From Mobula hypostoma (Eukaryota): 64,000 nt of DNA. The stretch's first letter is position 1. Every line of letters starts with the position of its first letter. Made by a program: the position numbers and the translations under genes. Positions 25,869 to 37,800 of this stretch are shown piece by piece. Where the stretch lies: positions 17,424,001 through 17,488,000 of the forward strand of contig NC_086109.1 in assembly GCF_963921235.1 (NCBI RefSeq), read 5' to 3'. The notes under the pieces were generated by a model, which saw nothing but the letters and a program-made list of their open reading frames with translations, ran no database searches and had not been told where the DNA came from.

Positions 25869-26914
25869 ATATTAGGCAGGATCTAGGAAGAGTTAATTGG
25901 GAGCAGCTGTTTTTGGGCAAGTCCTCATCTGACACATTGGGGATGTTTAAAAACCAATTGTGCAGAGTACAGAACAGGTATGTTCCAGTAAGCATCAAGG
26001 TCGAGGTTGGCAAAGTAAGGGAACCTTGCATGCTGGTGGAGATGGTGAATTTATTCAAGGGAAAGGAAGCATGTTGTATGTAAGGTCAAGGATGCTAAGA
26101 ACAAACTGAGCCCTTGAAGGTGTTAAAGAATCCAGAAAAGAGCTCAAGAAAGGGATTAGGAAAGCCAAGAGGAGCCAAGAAAAGTCCTTGGCAATTCCTG
26201 CCTCAACCACTTCCCCTTGCAACTCATTTCATATATGCACCACCCACTGTGTGTAAAAGTTCATCTCAGGTTCCTGTTAAATCTTTCCCCTCTCACCTTG
26301 ATTCCCCAACCCCAGGGCAAAGACTATGTGCATTCATCCTAAGTATGCTTGTCACGGTTTTATAAACGTCTCACACTCCCCAGCAGCTCACTGCGGGCCT
26401 GGCAAAGGGCTGCCATCATGGGCCGGCCAGTTTTCCAGCCTGCATTTCAGGGGGAAGCTTAGGGACAGAGGCAAGAGCCAGGATATCCAGCAGTCCATCA
26501 CAGAGCTTCACAGGCAAATGAAATCAGCCAGACAGATGTGGAGACTTAGCAGAATGAGGAAACGTGGCAGCTTTCCTTCATTATTGGACTTTAGAGGACC
26601 AGGTGAGTTTGTACTACAACTCCACAGCTTTCGTGGTCACTTTTACAGATTCTAACAACACGGCTCCACAAATCTTCAGAACTAAATTTAGCTCATAAAA
26701 CTATTTTGGAAGAATTTGATCTCCTCTCAGATATAGATAAACAAATCCCCTCATCCTTTTACCTGAAATACTAAGTCATTTTCTCTTTCCACAGTTGTTA
26801 CCTGACCTGCTGAGTGTTTCCGTCATTTTCTCATTTGTCACCCCTTCTCCCCTTACCCACTCAAAGGTTCACTTGTGTTCCAATAATCAATCACTCTCTC
26901 TCATACACACAGCA

Positions 26915-27215
26915 TAACGGTTAGCTTAACATCTTGCAGTGTTAAGTGACTGGGGTTCAATTTCTGCCGCTGTGTTTAAGGAGTTTCTATGTTCCACCAT
27001 GACCATGTGGGTTTCCTCCAAGTGCTGCAGTTTCTTCCTACATTCTGAAGACGTACAGGTTGGGGTTATGAAGTCGTTAGCATGTTATGTTGGCACTGGA
27101 AGCATGGCAACACTTGTGGTCTGACCCCAACGCATCCTCAGGCCGTGTGACACAAACAATGCATTTCACTGTACGTTTCAATGTTTTGATGTGTATGCAA
27201 CAAATAAAGCTAATC
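26915..27215 (+). mobile_element. V-SINE/HE1-like SINE
   Basis: ggttcaattt B-box, tgggtttcctccaagtgctgcagtttcttcc, aataaagctaatc tail. Confidence 0.65.
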
Positions 27216-27929
27216 TCTTCTCTCCTATTGCTTTGAACGTTTGACCTGCTTATCACTTCATGCCTGCCCTCATTTCTTTGTGTATTTTCTTGGAAGAAAT
27301 AGGACAAAAGATGTCAAAGAGAAACTATCGTGAGACCCTAAGATATCAAAGGATTTTACAAGTTTTTTTCCCTGGAGATGGGCCAGAATTACTTTATTAC
27401 CCTGCACAAACCGTGAACGTTTGTTGACAGCTGTACAAATTGATAGCAGGGAATCTGTGAACCTTTGGCCAGTGGGAGATGCAGTGTCTGCCAAAGGTGC
27501 AAAGTCACAAACAAGGATTACGTATAACATGGGAAAAATGATTGACGCTAATATTGACCCTCAGCACAACAACTGAAAACCTGCCGGTCTTTGATAAGCT
27601 TGTTGATCCATCAGATGTGATTCAACAGGCTAATTTCAGTCTGGTGTGCCCTGTCCATTTCTGATTAAGTAATCCCTTACCCAGAGCCCTCTTGCCTGAG
27701 ATCTCACACCCTGGTGCTAATACCTGGGGACTTAGAGTTAACATGAGCATTAGTACTGTTAAATCTTTGCTGGTAATTGCCTAGCCAACGTGTGTGGGAA
27801 CCAAAGGGGAGCTACAGAGGGACACCACATGTTAACGCTCTGGTGAACTGCGCACTAACCTTCTCTCTGTCACTTCAGTTTTTTTTAAAGAGATATAGCA
27901 ATGGAAACAAGCCTTAAGGTTTGTTATAG

Positions 27930-28250
27930 TTGGGGGAGGTAGTGGGGATAAGCTCTTGCTACCTATTAAATGCTTCCAATGGCTTGTGGCTCAAATAGTG
28001 TCTGACAACCAAGTCCAGCTCCTGGCCTGGTGGAACCATTCTACTGACAGGAGAAGGGGCAAGGGCAGTTCTTTTTTGTTCCTCGCCACGCCTTGTGTTG
28101 CATCAGGTGGCAAACTTGCCATTTCTTTAACATTTGTCTGTTTTTTTTGACGAGGCTGAGTTGCTAGCTTGACACTAAAACCAGCACAGATGGAAAGCGT
28201 GCAAGGAGCCGGCCAGATTTGAACCCAGGACCACTCACCTCAAAGTCCAG
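27930..28250. mobile_element. Fragment of the 9460-9945 family (+) followed by a tRNA-SINE fragment (-)
   Basis: Reverse-complement match to 9835-9915; minus-strand B-box gggttcaaatc at ~28216-28226. Confidence 0.5.
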
Positions 28251-28570
28251 TGCTCAACTTTACTTGCCCCATTGTTGAAATGTTCCCACAACCAATGGAC
28301 TCACTTTCAAGGACTCTTCGTCTCATGTTCTTTATATTTATTGCTTGCTTGCTTGCTTATTTGTTTGTTTATGTATTATTCCTTCTATTTGTATTTGCAC
28401 AGTTTATTGTCTTCTGCACTCTGGTTGAATGCCCTAGTTGTTGTGGTCTTTCATTAATTTTGTTATTGTTATTATTCTGTAGATTTATTGAGTATGCCCA
28501 CAAAAATAAATCTCAGAAGTGTATATGGTGACAGATAAGTACTTTGATAATAAAATTTACTTCGAACGTG
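28250..28570 (+). mobile_element. Rex1/Babar-like 3'UTR
   Basis: ttgccccattgttgaaatgttcccacaacc...aataaaatttacttcgaac; homologous to 63035-63345, where it follows RNSYYPSAIRLLN. Confidence 0.75.
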
Positions 28571-28604
28571 CTAATGTTGATGAGGCAATATATGAGCAAT
28601 TGAT

Positions 28605-28883
28605 ACAGTGAGAAAGGGGAGAGAAAGGGAGCTGAGGTCATAAAGGAGAAGATAGAGACCACAGGAAGGAGGGTAGAGATGGGAGTTTTGGGGGAGAAAA
28701 GAGAGGCACACTGAAGGAGAGCAGACAGTAAGAAAAGGGAGGAGACACAGGAAGAAAGGAAATAGATGAGAGAGAGAGAGCAAGAAGAGAGAAAATGACA
28801 GCATAGGATGGAGAGGAAAGAAAGATTCAAAGAGCAGTTAGCAGAAAGGAGCGCAAAGAGAAACAGAAAGCAAGGTACAGACA
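28605..28883. repeat. GA-rich low-complexity left flank of the minisatellite
   Basis: Non-periodic purine-rich sequence. Confidence 0.75.
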
Positions 28884-31800
28884 GTGGAAAAGGAGAAGGT
28901 GAAAGTTAGAAGGGATAGAAAAGAGAAGGTGAAAGTTAGAGAGGATAGAAAGGAGAAGGTGAAAGTTAGAGGGGATAGAAAGGAGAAGGTGAGAGTTAGA
29001 GAGGATAGAAAGGAGAAGGTGAGAGTTAGAGGGGATAGAAAGGAGAAGGTGAAAGTTAGAGGGGATAGAAAGGAGAAGGTGAAAGATAGAGAGGATAGAA
29101 AGGAGAAGGTGAAAGTTAGAGGGGATAGAAAGGAGAAGCTGAAAGTTAGAGTGGATAGAAAGGAGAAGGTGAAAGTTAGAAGGGATAGAAAGGAGAAGGT
29201 GAAAGTTAGAGGGGATAGAAAGGAGAAGGTGAAAGTTAGAGGGGATAGAAATGAGAAGGTGAAATTTAGAAGGGATAGAAAAGAGAAGGTCAAAGTTAGA
29301 AGGGATAGAAAGGAGAATGTGAAAGTTAGAGGGGATAGAAAGGAGAAGGTGAAAGTTAGAGGGGATAGAAAGGAGAAGGTGAAAGTTAGAGAGGATAGAA
29401 AGGAGAAGGTGAAAGTTAGAGAGGATAGAAAGGAGAAGGTGAAAATTAGAGGGGATAGAAAGGAGAAGGTGAAAGTTAGAGGGGATAGAAAGGAGAAGAT
29501 GAAAGTTAGAGGGGATAGAAAGGAGAAGGTGAAAGTTAGAGGGGATAGAAAGGAGAAGGTGAAAGTTAGAAGGGATAGAAAGGAGGTGAAAGTTAGAAGC
29601 GATAAAAAGGAGAAGGTGAAAGTTAGAGGGGATAGAAAGGAGAAGGTGAAAGTTAGAGGGGATAGAAAGGAGAAGGTGAAAGTTAGAAGGGATAGAAAGG
29701 AGAAGGTGAAAGTTAGAGGGGATAGAAAGGAGAAGCTGAAAGTTAGAGGGGATAGAAAGGAGAAGGTGAAAGTTAGAGGGGATAGAAAGGAGAAGGTGAA
29801 AGTTAGAGGGGATAGAAAGGAGAAGGTGAAAGTTAGAGAGGATAGAAAGGAGAAGGTGAAAGTTAGAGGGGATAGAAAGGAGAAGCTGAAAGTTAGAGGG
29901 GATAGAAAGGAGAAGGTGAAAGTTAGAAGGGATAGAAAGGAGAAGGTGAAAGTTAGAGGGGATAGAAAGGAGAAGGTGAAAGTTAGAGGGGATAGAAATG
30001 AGAAGGTGAAATTTAGAAGGGATAGAAAGGAGAATGTGAAAGTTAGAGGGGATAGAAAGGAGAAGGTGAAAGTTAGAGGGGATAGAAAGGAGAAGGTGAA
30101 AGTTAGAGAGGATAGAAAGGAGAAGGTGAAAATTAGAGGGGGTAGAAAGGAGAAGGTGAAAGTTAGAGGGGATAGAAAGGAGAAGGTGAAAGTTAGAGGG
30201 GATAGAAAGGAGAAGGTGAAAATTAGAGGGGATAGAAAGGAGAAGGTGAAAGTTAGAGGGGATAGAAAGGAGAAGGTGAAAGTTAGAGGGGATAGAAAGG
30301 AGAAGGTGAAAGTTAGAGGGGATAGAAAGGAGAAGGTGAAAGTTAGAAGGGATAGAAAGGAGGTGAAAGTTAGAAGCGATAAAATGGAGAAGGTGAAAGT
30401 TAGAGGGGATTGAAAGGAGAAGGTGAAAGTTAGAGGGGATAGAAAGGAGAAGGTGAAAGTTAGAGGGGATAGAAAGGAGAAGGTGAAAGTTAGAGGGGAT
30501 AGAAAGGAGAAGGTGAAAGTTAGAGAGGATAGAAAGGAGAAGGTGAAAATTAGAGGGGGTAGAAAGGAGAAGGTGAAAGTTAGAGGGGATAGAAAGGAGA
30601 AGGTGAAAGTTAGAGAGGATAGAAAGGAGAAGGTGAAAGTTAGAAGGGATAGAAAGGAGAAGGTGAAAGTTAGAGGGGATAGAAAGGAGAAGGTGAAAGT
30701 TAGAGGGGATAGAAAGGAGAAGGTGAAAGTTAGAAGGGATAGAAAGGAGAAGGTGAAAGTTAGAGGGGATAGAAAGGAGAAGGTGAAAGTTAGAGGGGAT
30801 AGAAAGGAGAAGGTGAAAGTTAGAGGGGATAGAAAGGAGAAGGTGAAAGTTAGAGGGGATAGAAAGGAGAAGGTGAAAGTTAGAGGGGATAGAAAGGAGA
30901 AGGTGAAAGTTAGAGAGGATAGAAAGGAGAAGGTGAAAATTAGAGGGGATAGAAAGGAGAAGGTGAAAGTTAGAGGGGATAGAAAGGAGAAGATGAAAGT
31001 TAGAGGGGATAGAAAGGAGAAGGTGAAAGTTAGAGGGGATAGAAAGGAGAAGGTGAAAGTTAGAAGGGATAGAAAGGAGAAGGTGAAAGTTAGAAGCGAT
31101 AAAATGGAGAAGGTGAAAGTTAGAGGGGATTGAAAGGAGAAGGTGAAAGTTAGAGGGGATAGAAAGGAGAAGGTGAAAGTTAGAGGGGATAGAAAGGAGA
31201 AGGTGAAAGTTAGAGGGGATAGAAAGGAGAAGGTGAAAGTTAGAGAGGATAGAAAGGAGAAGGTGAAAATTAGAGGGGGTAGAAAGGAGAAGGTGAAAGT
31301 TAGAGGGGATAGAAAGGAGAAGGTGAAAGTTAGAGAGGATAGAAAGGAGAAGGTGAAAATTAGAGGGGATAGAAAGGAGAAGGTGAAAGTTAGAGGGGAT
31401 AGAAAGGAGAAGATGAAAGTTAGAGGGGATAGAAAGGAGAAGGTGAAAGTTAGAGGGGATAGAAAGGAGAAGGTGAAAGTTAGAAGGGATAGAAAGGAGG
31501 TGAAAGTTAGAAGCGATAAAATGGAGAAGGTGAAAGTTAGAGGGGATTGAAAGGAGAAGGTGAAAGTTAGAGGGGATAGAAAGGAGAAGGTGAAAGTTAG
31601 AGGGGATAGAAAGGAGAAGGTGAAAGTTAGAGGGGATAGAAAGGAGAAGGTGAAAGTTAGAGAGGATAGAAAGGAGAAGGTGAAAGTTAGAGGGGATAGA
31701 AAGGAGAAGGTGAAAGTTAGAGGGGATAGAAAGGAGAAGGTGAAAGATAGAGAGGATAGAAAGGAGAAGGTGAAAGTTAGAGGGGATAGAAAGGAGAAGC

Positions 31801-34800
31801 TGAAAGTTAGAGGGGATAGAAAGGAGAAGGTGAAAGTTAGAGGGAGAAAGGAGAGTGAGAGAGGATAGAAAGGAGAAGGTGAGAGTTAGAGGGGATAGAA
31901 AGGAGAAGGTGAAAGTTAGAGGGGATAGAAAGGAGAAGGTGAAAGATAGAGAGGATAGAAAGGAGAAGGTGAAAGTTAGAGGGGATAGAAAGGAGAAGGT
32001 GAAAGTTAGAGGGGATAGAAAGGAGAAGGTGAAAGTTAGAGGGGATAGAAAGGAGAAGGTGAAAGTTAGAGGGGATAGAAATGAGAAGGTGAAATTTAGA
32101 AGGGATAGAAAGGAGAAGGTCAAAGTTAGAAGGGATAGAAAGGAGAAAGTGAAAGTTAGAGGGGATAGAAAGGAGAAGGTGAAAGTTAGAGGGGATAGAA
32201 AGGAGAAGGTGAAAGTTAGAGAGGATAGAAAGGAGAAGGTGAAAATTAGAGGGGGTAGAAAGGAGAAGGTGAAAGTTAGAGGGGATAGAAAGGAGAAGAT
32301 GAAAGTTAGAGGGGATAGAAAGGAGAAGGTGAAAGTTAGAGAGGATAGAAAGGAGAAGGTGAAAATTAGAGGGGATAGAAAGGAGAAGGTGAAAGTTAGA
32401 GGGGATAGAAAGGAGAAGATGAAAGTTAGAGGGGATAGAAAGGAGAAGGTGAAAGTTAGAGGGGATAGAAAGGAGAAGGTGAAAGTTAGAGGGGATAGAA
32501 AGGAGAAGGTGAAAGTTAGAGGGGATAGAAAGGAGAAGATGAAAGTTAGAGGGGATAGAAAGGAGAAGGTGAAAGTTAGAGGGGATAGAAAGGAGAAGGT
32601 GAAAGTTAGAAGGGATAGAAAGGAGGTGAAAGTTAGAAGCGATAAAATGGAGAAGGTGAAAGTTAGAGGGGATTGAAAGGAGAAGGTGAAAGTTAGAGGG
32701 GATAGAAAGGAGAAGGTGAAAGTTAGAGGGGATAGAAAGGAGAAGGTGAAAGTTAGAGGGGATAGAAAGGAGAAGGTGAAAGTTAGAGAGGATAGAAAGG
32801 AGAAGGTGAAAGTTAGAGGGGATAGAAAGGAGAAGGTGAAAGTTAGAGGGGATAGAAAGGAGAAGGTGAAAGATAGAGAGGATAGAAAGGAGAAGGTGAA
32901 AGTTAGAGGGGATAGAAAGGAGAAGCTGAAAGTTAGAGGGGATAGAAAGGAGAAGCTGAAAGTTAGACGGGATAGAAAGGAGAAGGTGAGAGTTAGAGAG
33001 GATAGAAAGGAGAAGGTGAGAGTTAGAGGGGATAGAAAGGAGAAGGTGAAAGTTAGAGGGGATAGAAAGGAGAAGGTGAAAGATAGAGAGGATAGAAAGG
33101 AGAAGGTGAAAGTTAGAGGGGATAGAAAGGAGAAGCTGAAAGTTAGAGGGGATAGAAAGGAGAAGGTGAAAGTTAGAAGGGATAGAAGGAGAAGGTGAAA
33201 GTTAGAGGGGATAGAAAGGAGAAGGTGAAAGTTAGAGGGGATAGAAATGAGAAGGTGAAATTTAGAAGGGATGGAAAGGAGAAGGTCAAAGTTAGAAGGG
33301 ATAGAAAGGAGAAAGTGAAAGTTAGAGGGGATAGAAAGGAGAAGGTGAAAGTTAGAGGGGATAGAAAGGAGAAGGTGAAAGTTAGAGAGGATAGAAAGGA
33401 GAAGGTGAAAATTAGAGGGGGTAGAAAGGAGAAGGTGAAAGTTAGAGGGGATAGAAAGGAGAAGATGAAAGTTAGAGGGGATAGAAAGGAGAAGGTGAAA
33501 GTTAGAGGGGATAGAAAGGAGAAGGTGAAAGTTAAAAGGGATAGAAAGGAGGTGAAAGTTAGAAGCGATAAAAAGGAGAAGGTGAAAGTTAGAGGGGATA
33601 GAAAGGAGAAGGTGAAAGTTAGAGGGGATAGAAAGGAGAAGGTGAAAGTTAGAAGGGATAGAAAGGAGAAGGTGAAAGTTAGAGGGGATAGAAAGGAGAA
33701 GCTGAAAGTTAGAAGGGATAGAAAGGAGAAGGTGAAAGTTAGAGGGGATAGAAAGGAGAAGCTGAAAGTTAGAGGGGATAGAAAGGAGAAGGTGAAAGTT
33801 AGAAGGGATAGAAAGGAGAAGGTGAAAGTTAGAGGGGATAGACAGGAGAAGCTGAAAGTTAGAGGGGATAGAAAGGAGAAGGTGAAAGTTAGAGGGGATA
33901 GAAAGGAGAAGGTGAAAGTTAGAGGGGATAGAAAGGAGAAGGTGAAAGTTAGAAGGGATAGAAAGGAGGTGAAAGTTAGAAGCGATAAAATGGAGAAGGT
34001 GAAAGTTAGAGGGGATTGAAAGGAGAAGGTGAAAGTTAGAGGGGATAGAAAGGAGAAGGTGAAAGTTAGAGGGGATAGAAAGGAGAAGGTGAAAGTTAGA
34101 GGGGATAGAAAGGAGAAGGTGAAAGTTAGAGAGGATAGAAAGGAGAAGGTGAAAGTTAGAGGGGATAGAAAGGAGAAGGTGAAAGTTAGAGGGGATAGAA
34201 AGGAGAAGGTGAAAGATAGAGAGGATAGAAAGGAGAAGGTGAAAGTTAGAGGGGATAGAAAGGAGAAGCTGAAAGTTAGAGGGGATAGAAAGGAGAAGCT
34301 GAAAGTTAGACGGGATAGAAAGGAGAAGGTGAGAGTTAGAGAGGATAGAAAGGAGAAGGTGAGAGTTAGAGGGGATAGAAAGGAGAAGGTGAAAGTTAGA
34401 GGGGATAGAAAGGAGAAGGTGAAAGATAGAGAGGATAGAAAGGAGAAGGTGAAAGTTAGAGGGGATAGAAAGGAGAAGCTGAAAGTTAGAGGGGATAGAA
34501 AGGAGAAGGTGAAAGTTAGAAGGGATAGAAGGAGAAGGTGAAAGTTAGAGGGGATAGAAAGGAGAAGGTGAAAGTTAGAGGGGATAGAAAGGAGAAGGTG
34601 AAAGTTAGAGGGGATAGAAAGGAGAAGGTGAAAGTTAGAGGGGATAGAAAGGAGAAGGTGAAAGTTAGAGGGGATAGAAAGGAGAAGGTGAAAGTTAGAG
34701 GGGATAGAAAGGAGAAGGTGAAAGTTAGAGAGGATAGAAAGGAGAAGGTGAAAGTTAGAGGGGATAGAAAGGAGAAGGTGAAAGTTAGAGGGGATAGAAA

Positions 34801-37800
34801 GGAGAAGGTGAAAGTTAGAGGGGATAGAAAGGAGAAGGTGAAAGTTAGAAGGGATAGAAAGGAGAAGGTGAAAGTTAGAGGGGATAGAAAGGAGAAGCTG
34901 AAAGTTGGAAGGGATAGAAAGGAGAAGGTGAAAGTTAGAGGGGATAGAAAGGAGAAGCTGAAAGTTAGAGGGGATAGAAAGGAGAAGGTGAAAGTTAGAA
35001 GGGATAGAAAGGAGAAGGTGAAAGTTAGAGGGGATAGAAAGGAGAAGGTGAAAGTTAGAGGGGATAGAAAGGAGAAGGTGAAAGTTAGAAGGGATAGAAA
35101 GGAGAAGGTGAAAGTTAGAGGGGATAGAAAGGAGAAGGTGAAAGTTAGAGGGGATAGAAATGAGAAGGTGAAATTTAGAAGGGATAGAAAGGAGAATGTG
35201 AAAGTTAGAGGGGATAGAAAGGAGAAGGTGAAAGTTAGAGGGGATAGAAAGGAGAAGGTGAAAGTTAGAGAGGATAGAAAGGAGAAGGTGAAAATTAGAG
35301 GGGATAGAAAGGAGAAGGTGAAAGTTAGAGGGGATAGAAAGGAGAAGGTGAAAGTTAGAGGGGATAGAAAGGAGAAGGTGAAAGTTAGAGGGGATAGAAA
35401 GGGAAGGTGAAAGTTAGAGGGATAGAAAGGAGTGAAAGTTAGAGGGGATAGAAAGGAGAAGGTGAAAGTTAGAGGGGATAGAAAGGAGAAGGTGAAAGTT
35501 AGAGGGATAGAAAGGAGAAGGTGAAAGTTAGAGGGGATAGAAAGGAGAAGGTGAAAGTTAGAGGGGATAGAAAGGAGAAGGTGAAAGTTAGAGGGGATAG
35601 AAAGGAGAAGGTGAAAGTTAGAGGGGATAGAAAGGAGAAGGTGAAAGTTAGAGGGGATAGAAAGGAGAAGGTGAAAGTTTAGAAAGGAGAAGGTGAAATT
35701 AGAGGGGATAGAAAGGAGAAGGTGAAAGTTAGAGGGGATAGAAAGGAGAAGGTGAAAGTTAGAGAGGATAGAAAGGAGAAGGTGAAAGTTAGAGGGGATA
35801 GAAAGGAGAAGGTGAAAGTTAGAGGGGATAGAAAGGAGAAGGTGAAAGTTAGAGGGGATAGAAAGGAGAAGGTGAAAGTTAGAGGGGATAGAAAGGAGAA
35901 GGTGAAAGTTAGAGGGGATAGAAAGGAGAAGGTGAAAGTTAGAGAAGGGATAGAAAGGAGAAGGTGAAAGTTAGAGGGGATAGAAAGGAGAAGGTGAAAG
36001 TTAGAGGGGATAGAAAGGAGAAGGTGAAAGTTAGAGGGGATAGAAAGGAGAAGGTAAAGTTAGAGGGATAGAAAGGAGAAGAGTGAAAGTTTAGAGGGGA
36101 TAGAAAGGAGAAGGTGAAAGTTAGAGGGGATAGAAAGGAGAAGGTGAAAGTTAGAGGGGATAGAAAGGAGAAGGTGAAAGTTAGAGGGGATAGAAAGGAG
36201 AAGGTGAAAGTTAGAGGGGATAGAAAGGAGAAGGTGAAAGTTAGAGGGGATAGAAATGAGAAGGTGAAATTTAGAAGGGATAGAAAGGAGAAGGTCAAAG
36301 TTAGAAGGGATAGAAAGGAGAAAGTGAAAGTTAGAGGGGATAGAAAGGAGAAGGTGAAAGTTAGAGGGGATAGAAAGGAGAAGGTGAAAGTTAGAGAGGA
36401 TAGAAAGGAGAAGGTGAAAATTAGAGGGGGTAGAAAGGAGAAGGTGAAAGTTAGAGGGGATAGAAAGGAGAAGATGAAAGTTAGAGGGGATAGAAAGGAG
36501 AAGGTGAAAGTTAGAGGGGATAGAAAGGAGAAGGTGAAAGTTAGAAGGGATAGAAAGGAGGTGAAAGTTAGAAGCGATAAAAAGGAGAAGGTGAAAGTTA
36601 GAGGGGATAGAAAGGAGAAGGTGAAAGTTAGAGGGGATAGAAAGGAGAAGGTGAAAGTTAGAGGGGATAGAAAGGAGAAGGTGAAAGTTAGATGGGATAG
36701 AAAGGAGAAGGTGAAAGTTAGAGGGGATAGAAAGGAGAAGATGAAAGTTAGAGGGGATAGAAAGGAGAAGATGAAAGTTAGAGGGGATAGAAAGGAGAAG
36801 GTGAAAGTTAGAAGGGATAGAAAGGAGGTGAAAGTTAGAAGCGATAAAAAGGAGAAGGTGAAAGTTAGAGGGGATAGAAAGGAGAAGGTGAAAGTTAGAG
36901 GGGATAGAAAGGAGAAGGTGAAAGTTAGAGGGGATAGAAAGGAGAAGGTGAAAGTTAGAGGGGATAGAAAGGAGAAGGTGAAAGTTAGAGAGGATAGAAA
37001 GGAGAAGGTGAAAGTTAGAGGGGATAGAAAGGAGAAGGTGAGAGTTAGAGAGGATAGAAAGGAGAAGGTGAGAGTTAGAGGGGATAGAAAGGAGAAGGTG
37101 AAAGTTAGAGGGGATAGAAAGGAGAAGGTGAAAGATAGAGAGGATAGAAAGGAGGAGGTGAAAGTTAGAGGGGATAGAAATGAGAAGCTGAAAGTTAGAG
37201 GGGATAGAAAGGAGAAGGTGAAAGTTAGAGGGGATAGAAATGAGAAGGTGAAATTTAGAAGGGATAGAAAAGAGAAGGTCAAAGTTAGAAGGGATAGAAA
37301 GGAGAATGTGAAAGTTAGAGGGGATAGAAAGGAGAAGGTGAAAGTTAGAGGGGATAGAAAGGAGAAGGTGAAAGTTAGAGAGGATAGAAAGGAGAAGGTG
37401 AAAATTAGAGGGGGTAGAAAGGAGAAGGTGAAAGTTAGAGGGGATAGAAAGGAGAAGATGAAAGTTAGAGGGGATAGAAAGGAGAAGGTGAAAGTTAGAG
37501 AGGATAGAAAGGAGAAGGTGAAAATTAGAGGGGATAGAAAGGAGAAGGTGAAAGTTAGAGGGGATAGAAAGGAGAAGATGAAAGTTAGAGGGGATAGAAA
37601 GGAGAAGGTGAAAGTTAGAGGGGATAGAAAGGAGAAGGTGAAAGTTAGAAGGGATAGAAAGGAGGTGAAAGTTAGAAGCGATAAAATGGAGAAGGTGAAA
37701 GTTAGAGGGGATTGAAAGGAGAAGGTGAAAGTTAGAGGGGATAGAAAGGAGAAGGTGAAAGTTAGAGGGGATAGAAAGGAGAAGGTGAAAGTTAGAGGGG

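Larger units (their letters stand above)
24400..26190 (+). mobile_element. Old CR1-like ORF2 endonuclease-region fragment, split by two insertions
   Basis: LVGDFNF...VDW, P.RGGAILD|LVLGN and IRQDLGRVNWEQLF pieces rejoin across 24590-25112 and 25262-25868. Confidence 0.7.
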
